Below are positions 37,869 to 49,580 of a stretch of DNA of 64,000 bases, piece after piece (the first letter of the stretch is position 1; each line of letters begins with the position of its first letter). Both the position numbers and the translations under genes were made by a program. The stretch covers positions 101,804,001 through 101,868,000 of the forward strand of contig NC_042999.1 of assembly GCF_006345805.1 (NCBI RefSeq), given 5' to 3'. The notes below the pieces were generated by a model, which saw nothing but the letters and a program-made list of their open reading frames with translations, did no database searches and was not told where the DNA came from. This DNA comes from Octopus sinensis. Lineage: Eukaryota.

Positions 37869-39155
37869 GAGGGGCGTTCAATAAGTAATGCCTCTGACCC
37901 ACTTGCCGTTGTTTGATCTAGTAGAAATTTTGCATGTTCAATTATTTATATCTCTATAGATTAAGTGGCAAATTACAGCTCCGAACTAATTGTGGTTTCT
38001 GATTTATATGTGTTTGGAATGAGTCAAGTGGTAAATGGAGCCTGTTGAGTGTCGAGCAGTGATCCGGTTTTTGTATTTGAAATGACGCACACCACAGGAG
38101 ACTTTTGATGAAATGAAAGTAACTTATGGTGATGATGCCCCATCATATGGCCTTGTAAAACGCTGGCATCGTGAATTCAAACATGGTCAGAATTCTGTGG
38201 AAACAGCTCCCAGATCTGGTTGCACCCCTTCTGCCATTGATGAGGCATCTGTCCCTGAAGTTGAGGCTGCCATTTTGGAATATCGACGCATAACTATTTG
38301 CCAAATAGCCCATGAGGTCAAGATTAGTACTGGGTCTGTGGAAACTATCATTCATGACCATTTGCATATGCAAAAGGTGTCTGCCAGATGGATTCCCAGG
38401 TTGCTCACACTTTTCCAGAAGCAAGAACGCGTTGAGTGCTTGAGGATGAATTTAGGGATGTGCCAAGAAGATGAGTCAAAATTTTTCAAAAGACTAATTA
38501 CACAGGATGAGACCTGGGTCCATCACTATGATCCAGAGACCAAAGCCCAGTCAATGCAGTGGAAGCACTATGACTCACCTCCTCCAAAGAAGGCAAGGGT
38601 GCAGCCCTCCGCTGGCAAGGTCATGCTCACAGTCTTCTGGGACCAGGACGGAGTAGTGATGACAGATTTCCTGGCAAAGGGTACCACAATTACAGGATCT
38701 TATCATGCTTCACTTTTGAGGAAATTAAGAGAAGCTATCAAAACCAAGAGGCGGGGTAAGATCAGCAAAGGCATCCTCCTCCTGCAGGACAATGCTCCGG
38801 TCCACAACTCGCGTGTCGCCAGATCAGAAGCACAGGCGTGCGGCTATGAACTCTTCCCCCATCCCCCTACTCTCCTGACTTTGCACCCTCTGATTTTCAC
38901 CTCTTCCCAACCATGAAGTTGTTTTTGAAAGGAAAGCGTTTCCCAGATGATGCAGCCTTGATTTCTGAAGTCACGTCGTGGTTGGAGGACCAAGCTGGGG
39001 TCTTCTACGAAAACGGTCTCCAGAGCTGCATCAAACGATGGGAGAAATGCGTAACTCTGGGTTGTTCCTATGTTGAAAAAGACTAATACCTGTGCCAAGT
39101 TTCGTTGCTCTACTGCTATGGGAAGTGGGTCAGGGGCATTACTTATTGAACGCCC

Positions 39156-39159
<4 letters not shown>
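37868..39159 (+). mobile_element. Full-length (1292 bp) mariner, irritans/Hsmar2-like, embedded in (TA)n
   Basis: ~37-bp TIRs (CGAGGGGCGTTCAATAAGTAATGCCTCTGACCCACTT, 2 mismatches), TA on both sides. Confidence 0.95.
38035..39086 (+). pseudogene. Mariner DD34D transposase with two disabling lesions
   Basis: MEPVECRAVIRFLYLK*RTP (TGA at 38083), WIPRLL, ITQDETWVHHYDPE, LLQDNAPVH. A 1-bp loss in the C-run at 38863-38867 breaks HPPYSPDFAPSD. The repaired frame gives 350 aa ending RWEKCVTLGCSYVEKD*. Confidence 0.93.
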
Positions 39160-39241
<82 letters not shown>

Positions 39242-40668
39242 CTAATCATTACATACTTGGTTCGGTCATCAAATGAAATCTAAACTAAATGAAAACTAAA
39301 TTTTTGTAGGAAAGCAATATATTGAATTGTATCAGCCCCAAAATGTTATTGATGATAAAAGGAGCAAAGTTGAGCTGAATGAGATTTGAATTTTAAAGTA
39401 AGAGAAAACTAAATACTTTAATGTATTTAGTCTGCCACTCAACTGTCTCAGCCATTTCTGCACAACTAGACAATGGTAAACACAATCTAGGTTAGTGAAA
39501 TGCAAGATACACTTCTAAATTAGAAGCCTAAAGTATGGACAGCAACAATGGTTAATCTAAACAAAGAAAAGCTGAGGAGACAGTAAGAAAAGGATACACA
39601 GAGAAACAGGAGACAGATATTGTAATATCAAAAGAAAAATAAAGAGATATAAAAGTGAGATGGGGGAGTGTATTACAATTTACAATGAAATCTCACTATT
39701 ATTTTAACAGATAAAACAGCTGATGAAATCCTCTTCCAAAACGATATTTTATAATTACAACTCATTTTTCTTTTTTGCTGAACTTTTACATTGAATGGTA
39801 GATAGTCTGGTTCATATTCCTCAAAAACTATCTTTGTTATGTGATATTAAAATTCATAGACATAATTTAAAACTCATTTATGGTCCAAGCCACATCTCTT
39901 GCCTTCAAGTTTTCTCAGAAATTATACAGTCATCAGTAGCACAGCAATCCAGTAACCAAGATCATTGTGCATATATTCAAGGATGGGTACCCATGTGAAT
40001 ATGCATAGCTGTATACATACATACATGTGTATATGTAAATATGTTTATACAACTTAGCACATACATAGTTGCTTTGTAACAATATACTACTGGTCCTTGT
40101 CAATGGACTGTGGCCATGTAAACACACATATATGCACAAACACACAGTTCCCAGCTAGTAGATTGTGTACAGTGTATGTGCATAATAAACATACTTGTTT
40201 TATAAATACATGCATGCACAGTCATATCCAAGTATGAATATGTTAAAAATGACAAAAAAACTTTCAGTATAAATTCAATAGGAACATATTCACAAACTGT
40301 AACATTGACATTTTGAAAGCAAGAAAATAGAGGGCTACAAGCAAAGAATAAATTTATTAAGATATTTTTCTTGTTGTTTTATTTATTTACTAATTTTCAA
40401 TATAAACTGTTACACTGATGGCTTCCTTACATCAATGATAATTACCTAAACTAGATCATGTTATAAACAACCATAGAGTCACTGTATTAAAGAGGTTTAT
40501 ACTCTTAATGCTTGTAATAATGATAGCTTCCTATATTGGCACAAAGCCACATATTTGAAGCGGGGGAGTGCAGTCAAGTGTCTAGTAACTAGTTCCATTC
40601 TGCCACCCAGTACATGGCTTGTATCAAATGCTATCAACTCTGGAGAGATGGAAAGAGAAATCAACCAT

Positions 40669-40729
40669 ATTTAATTATATTCCTCTGCATTCTCACCTAA
40701 GGTGAGAATGCAGAGGAATATAATTAAAT
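40669..40729. repeat. Perfect inverted repeat, 29-bp arms and 3-nt spacer
   Basis: atttaattatattcctctgcattctcacc-taa-ggtgagaatgcagaggaatataattaaat. Confidence 0.97.
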
Positions 40730-42344
40730 GTAGAAAAACTTTTGACACAAAGCTCTCTTTGCCTCCTTTTTCCATCATAGTGATTAGCATGGTCAAGTAA
40801 TTCTTACTAGCAGGACCCATTGACCAACATTATATAAATTTTCTTATTTCAATGCATAAACTTATACATCTTCATAACATTGTTTCATTATTTTAACATT
40901 CTGTTTGTATCTTAAATTTCATTCTATAAGATTGTTAAAAGTGTAACAAGCAATGATGATGATGATGAATTATCATCATCATTCTACCAAAGTTGACTTT
41001 GCCTTTCATTCTTTCAGGGTCAATAAATTATGTACCGGTTGAATATTGGGAATCAATGCATCCAACTATTCCATGCCCCCAAAAAAATTTCAGGCTTTGT
41101 GTCTATAGAAGAGAGGATTATTATTATTGGGTAGTTTCATTTGTGCAGTCTTGGTAATAATGTCTATTAATTTCCTTCAGTACAACTAAATAAACTCTAC
41201 AGAAGAAAGCTTCCAATAAATCCCTCAAGCTACAAGAACCAAATCACAGCCTACAATCTTAAAACAAGGACACATTTGATCATGTAGACCTAGATACACC
41301 ATGCCCAAAAGAAAAGACATGATAGTGTGAATGGATTATAGATCAGTTCAAACAGGGTTAACTTGAGCTAAACAAGAACATAGTAATATTTTTTAAGGCA
41401 ATTTTTACATGCATTTTTGTTACAGTAGATATGCTATTTTATGCAGATGTTTTCTTGTGTATTTCGAAAAACACCTAATTATAAGTAACTGATTCTTTAT
41501 ATACTGTTATTTGAAATAGATTGGGGTCACATTTACAAAATAATTTATCCCTCATCTATGTACTACCTAGACTGTATGATGCATGTTAACAAATGCAGAA
41601 GATCTATAGAGCTGGGGAGAAATGATTCAGGTATGATCTTTCGGATGTATGGGGTTAATTTGCATAAAATCAGAGCACATGTTAAATAAGAAAATTTGGA
41701 CATTTGGGCATCAGCTGATGTATGCATGAGGGACCAGTGTTTGCATGGATATTTGAAACAAATAGCCAACGAGTGCTTGCAGTTTTTCAAACATTTTAAA
41801 GTTCTTGCTAGAATATGTCTAATCCAGTAGCGTGATAGCAAAACAGCAGTTTGTAGCTCATCAAGAAAATGGATCTTAATTCACTCAAGGAGCAATTTAA
41901 ATGTTGCTAATTTGACCACTGATGAAAAATATCTCCATTTTTTCCAGGAGGGTTGTGGGGGCAGAGTCATCAGATACTTCCCCCATAGGGTCCTAACAGA
42001 AACAACCATCATTAGATTTTCCAACTGAGACTATGGTTATTATCCAACCATCTCATTCTTGGTCTACCCTTAGATCTTCTGCTGGTTGACTTGGCTTGAA
42101 GAATCCATCTCAAAATTCTTTCTGCAGCATTTTAATCACATGTCCATAGTGCTTATTACTGGAATAAGCATGAAATTCCATTTCACAGTGACAGGGTTAA
42201 TATATTTAGATATTCAGCATTTACAATTCTAAATGTTAGATATATGATGCTTATGTAAAAATTATGAACAGATAAAACTGATGGAGGAGCAGGATTACAC
42301 AACTTGCTATTAACATTAGTTTCTCCTTTTAGATATCTCTAAAC

Positions 42345-42579
42345 CAGTGGTTCTCAACTAGGGTTCATATAAGATTTTGTTGTTAAAAATTATACGCAAT
42401 AAATTGGTTATACTTCTACAACAGACAAAATATTTTAACAATTTTTGATACAATTCTTAATATTTAATTGTAAAAATATAATGAGATTTTTTTAAACATC
42501 GAATGGCTATGGGAGTTCACCCAAGTAAAATAGGAATCAAAGAGGTTCATAGATAAAAAAAAACAGTTGAGAACCAATG
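42345..42579. mobile_element. hAT (Charlie-like) MITE, copy 2
   Basis: CAGTGGTTCTCAAC ... GTTGAGAACCAATG with 8-bp TSD ctctaaac/ctctaaat. Confidence 0.85.
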
Positions 42580-42618
42580 CTCTAAATGGTAAATAGTAAA
42601 ATCATTTGAGTTACTTAC

Positions 42619-42714
42619 CTGAACAGCTATGTACAAACCAGGTACATTAAAAGATTCAAACATAATTTCAGCAGTGTATTCACGATTTTCAGGTGTATTT
42701 AAAGGAGGTTCAGT
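42619..42714 (-). CDS. ACTR3: Arp3 exon (96 bp)
   Basis: [32 protein letters not shown], ttatag| ... |gtaagt. Confidence 0.98.
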
Positions 42715-43089
42715 CTATAAAAGAATTGTTTTAAAAAATTATAAGTACACAATTGCAAATCTATCAAAATAAAAGATTAAAATGAAAATTTACTTTTAAC
42801 ATCTCAGCTCAATAGAATTGCACTGAAATGGTTAAATGGTGATAATATTATGCTACTGAGCTGCTGACTATCAAAAATCACAAGTTTAATCTGCTTTGTG
42901 TAATCTGTCAAAAATTAATGACTTTTCTTGGTCCAGTAAACACAGTAAAGCTGACTATTTCATAGCTGAATGGTTGGTAATAGACAGGGTACATAAAAAC
43001 TTTTCAGCTACATTTAAAACTAGCACAGACAAAAGAGAAAAAAATCACATGAAAATATCTGACAGAAACAAAAATTATCAAGAACTTAC

Positions 43090-43200
43090 CAATAGAAAAT
43101 AATGATCTTCTGGTTCAGAACGTAGATATTTAAAAATAGTCTGTTCCCAAAATCGTTCCATCAAATCCCAGTCATCAATAATACCGTGTCGGATTGGCCA
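43090..43200 (-). CDS. ACTR3: Arp3 exon (111 bp)
   Basis: [37 protein letters not shown], atctag| ... |gtaagt. Confidence 0.98.
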
Positions 43201-44079
43201 CTAGATATTTTAAATTAGAAAAAAAATATATTTTTATATTTCTTTCAGAAATATATCTTCTAATTTACATGAAATGAAATAAACAAAATATTGAATAGTT
43301 TTGTGTGTAAACCATGTGTATATTTATTCTATAGATATATGTGAATAGCTTATATATCTTCAAATAAAACAATAGTTTTGTGTGTATTGTACAGTGTATA
43401 TCTAGACAGAATATTTGAAAAGATAAAGGTTATGTATGTTGTCTGATTAGGCTTTTCTTACCTTGAGCTGCAGTTTCTTCATGCTCTACTTGCTTTATAA
43501 TCATATTAGGATAAGAGTAATTGCACCCCTTGCAACAGATTCAAAAGTACTACATGCAAGAATGCCTACAAATGCTGTCAACTCTGGCAATGGTTAGTTT
43601 CCATTTCCAGATGATGATGTCATTTTGTTTGGTATCAAAATATTGCTTTGGATTAGGACTTTGCACATATCTGTTGAGCTTCTTCACATACACTTATGTA
43701 ATTATATGTATAGATATTTGAATGTTTCTGATATTTTAGATGAAATTAAAAATTTATAATACACAGTCCACTGTTAAAGTTACAACTGAAGAGTTTTGAG
43801 AGAGTCAAAAATGGTGAATATGTTAGCATGGTTACATACATGTTTATATATTTATCATGCCTGAAATCCTCAGAGAGTGTTGAAATGATACTAAAAGATT
43901 TTACACACAAAGAGTTACCTATTATGAATGATGGGCTTAAGGATTTCATGAAAAATATCCATAAGTCATTAATGTGTACACATAAGCCTGCAAGACAACA
44001 TGTGTTAGTGGTGTAATACGTTAGATCATTTTTTTGCAATACCAAAAGAAAGTGTGTGTTCACAAACTATCCATCATTA

Positions 44080-44600
44080 TCACTTGATGTCTGTGCTCCT
44101 TGCTGGCATGGGATAGGTGGCTTGCCCGGATCTGACAAGCTACAGGACTGTAATGAGCTCAATGTTAGGATGGGCATCTTTGCTTTGATACAGTGTGTAT
44201 AGTTTTTTTTTTTTGTTTTGTTTTTTTTTTGTTATACCAGCACTAGTGAGGCTGCTAAGTAATTTGCAGACAATGAAAAAGATCACTCAACTGAGTGGAG
44301 TGTAGTAGAAAATGAGGTGTCTTTGTGCCAGATGTTGAGAGGCTGAAGTTTGACAGAGGAACGAGAATATGTATCTTATGGTAGAGGAGATATAGCACTA
44401 ACCCACATTATATACAAGTGGATAGGAGTAGTCGGAAAAAGAGATAAGGATACTGTGACAAGGTGTCAGAGTATAGCCTCAAGCTACAAGAGGCTGAGTA
44501 TAAAAATGAATATGCACAGAGGATTAAAAAAATGAGGGTGAGTAAGTTTGTAAGGGTATGAGGAGGTGAGTTTAGTGAATGGAGAACAAGGGCAGGACAT
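44080..44600 (-). mobile_element. Second copy of the unclassified retroelement at 22050-22530
   Basis: The reverse complement cttcagcctctcaacatctggcacaaagacacctcattttctactacactccactcagttgag matches 22290-22340. Tail remnant ccatgccagcaagga near 44100. Confidence 0.55.
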
Positions 44601-44630
44601 GTGAGTATTGTTGAAGAATTATAATCTCAC

Positions 44631-44811
44631 CTTGACTGAATAAGAGGAAGCATCTAAAGCTTCATCTCCTATAAAGAAATCCAAATCTTCAACTCCTTTG
44701 CCAAGTCGTCGAATTGCCTGATCGCCAACTTTAGCTGATTCCTTGATGGCAATGCATGATGGAATAATAAACTGTGGCTCTGTGTTGCCAGCATAGCCCA
44801 TCTTTGTATAC
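44631..44811 (-). CDS. ACTR3: Arp3 second coding exon (181 bp, phase 2 start). The first coding exon (expected MAGRLPACVxDxGTG-like, 44 nt) was not found in the window.
   Basis: (G)[60 protein letters not shown], ttttcacag| ... |gtgaga. The ten exons total 1213 nt; adding 44 nt gives 418 aa plus stop, the canonical Arp3 length. Confidence 0.97.
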
Positions 44812-47584
44812 CTGTGAAAAAAGTAAAATAAATTAGATATTTCAAAGACAGAATTCTAGCAAAGAGAGTTACACTCACAGAAACAGTCAACTCACATACA
44901 AATATCACCCACTTACAACAACCACCAACACTGACACACCACACACACAATCCCATTCACTAACTCAGTAGCTCTTCCTAGAACAAAAATTTAACTTATT
45001 TTCACATAGGGCCTACATAACAGATATTATCTTCAAACCTCAGGTCAATGTTTATGGTGTTCACAAATATTACTAAACAACTTTTTTCCCCTCAGTATAA
45101 ACCATTGCTGTACTGAAAATATTTCAGGCATTCACCATTTTGTTTTTTATTCTCCAGAAAGTACTATGTTTGAAACAAGAAAATATGCATAAATAATTTT
45201 GTTTTGACAAAAGCATTTTATAAATGTCTTGCATACCCAGAATTCTACGTCAAATAAAAACAGAAGAGTTTATCAAAATTAACTTCAAATGCAGAATTAT
45301 ATTTTTCTTTATTATATCCTATTTTTTACCTTCTAAGGTAATATGACAGTTGTCTTTCTTTTTCTTTTCTCTTTAGTCTTAGACATTTTGATTAAATGTT
45401 GGAGTATTCATTTTCATAACTGAATACCATTATTAACAATTCAAATCTTATTACTATGTAATTCCTTAACTCTATTGGTGCAGTTCTCATAGTAATGTCC
45501 ATAAAGAATAATAATAAAGTGATTTAGCAAGATTTAAACTCAAAATTGTGATGAAAAAATACGCAAAAATTGGAATACAGTGTTGACATACTGGCTGAAA
45601 GGCTGCCTTATCTCATCACCAGTCTTGCACACTATGTCGCTGACAAAGATATCTTTCTATATTCCAGAATACTCAATTGTACACATGTAGCATGAAAAAT
45701 ACAGCTCATATCAGTAATCAGTAAGGTGATTTGGTGTAAATGTTAATGGCAGGTATCAGCATTTGTGTAGTTCATAACACCTTTTTATAAAAGACAATTA
45801 CTTCTTAAGTTCCTTCTAAGTTCTCAGAATTTTTTTTTCCTACATCAATACAAAGCCATAGATTTATAATAATAAAAAAAAGCAATAAAGTCTTCCAAAT
45901 CAACTCTCAGTATATTACTGATACCTTTTCTTATTGATTCCTGCTGTGTCATCAAACCATTTCAGTTCAAATAATTGGATTTTTTTTTTTTTTTGCTTAT
46001 TTTATTCCATACCAAAAATGAAATGAGAATAAGACTACCATGCAATAACAAACAAATGAAGAAAAGTCAGGTTATCTAATTAAAGATTTTTACAACTATG
46101 GAACATATCTGCAACTATAACATTTCTGAATGATGCTGCAATCAAGAAATTACTGAGAGGATTTTTATAGAAAGAAAAATTTGCTCATGATGTATGCTGT
46201 CCTTTAACATCATATAAACCGTGAAATTAGTTTACATTAATAACTTTTTACAAAGTGTTTGTCTCTAAATTCTATAATCTGAGTTCTTTTTCAAAGTATT
46301 TCAATTCAATCTTTACATATCTATTGTCAATATAAAAACCCTCTCATCCTCTGAAATTACCAAACCTTGGTATTTATATGAACAACAATGTCTTCAAGTG
46401 GCAATATCTATGTTACTCTCCATTCTAGGTTCTAAGTCTTTCTGGGCTCAAGTTGCCTTTCAGTTCTCGAAGTCAATGAAATATAGCGTCAGCTATATAT
46501 AGAGGTTTCACTCAATCCTCTAAGAGTAATTTGCTGAGCTACTAATTAGGGAATTCCTAAAGACCCAAATCAACAACCCAGTTTTAATTTCTGGTTGAAG
46601 CTATTCCATTTCACTTCTGACACAAATGCTATTTCAAAAGCAAAACACCATTACATATTGTCATAATATATACATATTTAATTAAGTATAGTAAAAAATG
46701 AATTATTATTACTATCATTATTATTTGGGGCAATGATCAATTTTCAGCAAATGTAGAGGATGTACTAGTTTCTAATCTCAAAACATATGCCTCAATTTTT
46801 GAGGGAAAAAAATGGGAAAAAGCAAACTGTTCAGACTATTAATCTCACCCCACTTTCGTTGCTGTTGCTACTAGACATAAATAGTTCAAATGGTTTTTAA
46901 TCTGTTCATCATCAGTTGTCATGTATATGTGCACAGACAAGATTCCAATGTTCCTATCTTCAATTTGTTTGGAGCATGGTGTGGATAAGAGTTGGCTTTG
47001 TTTAACTCCATGTCAGCATGGTGGGGCAAGCTATAATCTAGAGATATTCCAACCACAATCATACTGTCATTTTCCCACCAAGGTTAATATGGAATTACAT
47101 TATTTAATATGTCCTCCCAACATCTTTTTAAAAGATGATAGTTTGTGATCTGAAGAGTTGGCTATTTTTAACAAGCTGGGCAACTACATAGCGGCTCTCT
47201 CTTTGGCTTCTGGATGAGATTGTTGGAAGCTTGCATGAAATAAATGTTTGCAAGTATAATTACAACCTGTGTTTAATATTTCTAACAATGGTAAAAGATT
47301 ATGAAGTACTGAACTAAATGACTAATGATATTGAGTTTCATGCATCTATATTCTGAGTTGAAATCCTACTCAGGATTACCTTTACTTTTTATTTCACTGG
47401 GCCAATGAAATAAGTTCCAGTAATATTCTATCAACTATATTACTATCCTAGAAATGTATGGCTTTGCCCTTAATGTAATAAATCAATTATTATTACTATC
47501 AGCATCATTTTATCCAACAATTTCTGCTGTGTAGCTGCATCAGTCTATCTCTTACATATTTTTCCAATGGGTATCTAACAAATG

Positions 47585-47750
47585 TGGGCACAACATGGCT
47601 AAATGGCTGAGAAGTTTACTTTGGAACCACAAGGTCATGGATTCAATCCCACAGCTTGGCATTTTAGACCACCATCTTTTATAATTCTCTTTGGTCAATG
47701 CAAGCTTTGTGAGTGAAATTGGGTAGAGGAAAACTGTGTGGAAGCCTTTT
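47585..47750 (+). mobile_element. SINE family A copy
   Basis: ggctaaatggctgagaag...ggattcaatcccac...gctttgtgagtgaaattgggtagaggaaaactg. Confidence 0.65.
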
Positions 47751-48879
47751 GGATGAACTGTACTTGTAATTCAACAGTACAGCCATTATATCAGTCACAA
47801 TGATTCTAAGAATTATGTTAATGGCATGCATGTTGGGGAGGGGAATATTAATTCAATGAACAGATAATTTGATTGAACAACTGAATTTCCATTATCAATT
47901 CATACTAAGATCTATTTACTAATTGACAACATGATACTTTCATCCAATGAATTTAACCAAATATCAAAGATATTAGCATTGAGCCATTCTGAACAAGTAT
48001 CAGCTGATTTTACCATTGCCTCTTAGTTTTCATTTTGCATTAAGTTAATTCTGGGCAAAACTATGATCAAATATGTTCTAGCATGATTGTTATATTTTTC
48101 AGATATCTAGGACAACATTATTTCAAATGACCTTCACCTTTTTAAAACTGTGAGCGTGACTTGAGGGAGATTTGGCTGCTATTTCTAGCAGACTGAATCA
48201 CTACAGGCTCCTGCAATGGTTACATGAAAAGCAAGCAGACATTTTTTTTCCTCCTTCATAATTATTTAATATACTCCACATTTTTTTTTTTCAGGGCCGA
48301 TTGCCTATATTCATTTTAATCAACTTCACCATATCAGCAAATACTTTACTGCATTTGAAAAATTCCCTTGACATTAAATTCCTATTGTACCAAGCCAACC
48401 CAATAATATTCTATCACAATCAACTGTCTTGCCATTGTTATCTATTAATGTAACAGCAGCAGTGTGGCAGAAATAGTAAGTAGCACTAAACTAAATGCCT
48501 TAACAACATCCAATTTTGTCCTGTGTTCTCATTTTAAATACTGCCATCTCTGCCATTTGTTTTCATCACTCTGGGTAATGATAATTTTTTTTTTTTAAAG
48601 TACCAATCATGTATTGAGGTAGAATCATCTGACCAGTACTCATTACCTACATATAGGCTATGTGCAAATAAATATGTCAAAATATATATATTTTTTTACT
48701 TGTTTGTCATTTAACTGTGGCACCACATTGAAGGGTTTTTTAGTCAAACAAATCAACCCTGGGACTTTTTTAAGCATAGTACTTATTTCATCAGCCTCTT
48801 TTACTGAACTGCTAAGTTACAGGGACGTAAACACATCAACACCAGTTGTCAAGTGGTAGTGGAGGACACACACACAACA

Positions 48880-49580
48880 GGCTTTTTTAGTTTCTATCTA
48901 CCAAATCCACACACAAGGCTTTGATCAGCTGAGGTAAACCAAAGACATTTGCCTTAAAGTGCCATGTAGTGAGACTGAACTTGGCATCATAAGGTTGGGA
49001 AGCAAGCTTCTTACCACACAGCTACCTACACCTGCACCTACAAACACATACATACTTGTATATATATGATGGGCTTCTTTCAGTCTCCATCTACCAAAGC
49101 CACTCGCAAGGCTTTGGTTGGCCCAAGGCTATAGTAGAAGACACTTGCCCAAGGTGCCATGCAGTGAGACTGAACCTGGAGCCATCTTCATCATCATTAA
49201 TGTCCCCTTTTCCATGCCTGTATGGATCAGACAATTTGTTGAGGCAGATTTTCTACAACCAGATGCCCTTCTTGTCATCAACCCTCACTTGTTTCCAAAT
49301 AAGCTATTTCCCCCTATGAATATTTCCACAGAAGGTTGAAAACAAATGATGTTGCATGTATGACAGTGATATTCACTCATTTACAACTTTCATGCAATGT
49401 CAAGACAAGGAGGCACAAATACACACACGCACACATAGTGGGCTTCTCAGTTTACATCTACCAAATGCACTCACAAAGCTTTAGTCAGTTCCAAAACTAC
49501 ATAGAAGACGCATGCCCAAGGGGTCACACAGTAGAACTGAGCCTGAAACCACATGGTTGAGAAGTGAAACTTAACTGCCA
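48880..49580 (-). mobile_element. Cluster of three SINE family A copies interrupted by an RTE-type tail (49190-49340)
   Basis: ctaccaaatccacacacaaggc-type blocks recur near 48897, 49091 and 49458. A catcatcattaatgtcc...ccatgcctg tail lies between them. Confidence 0.7.
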
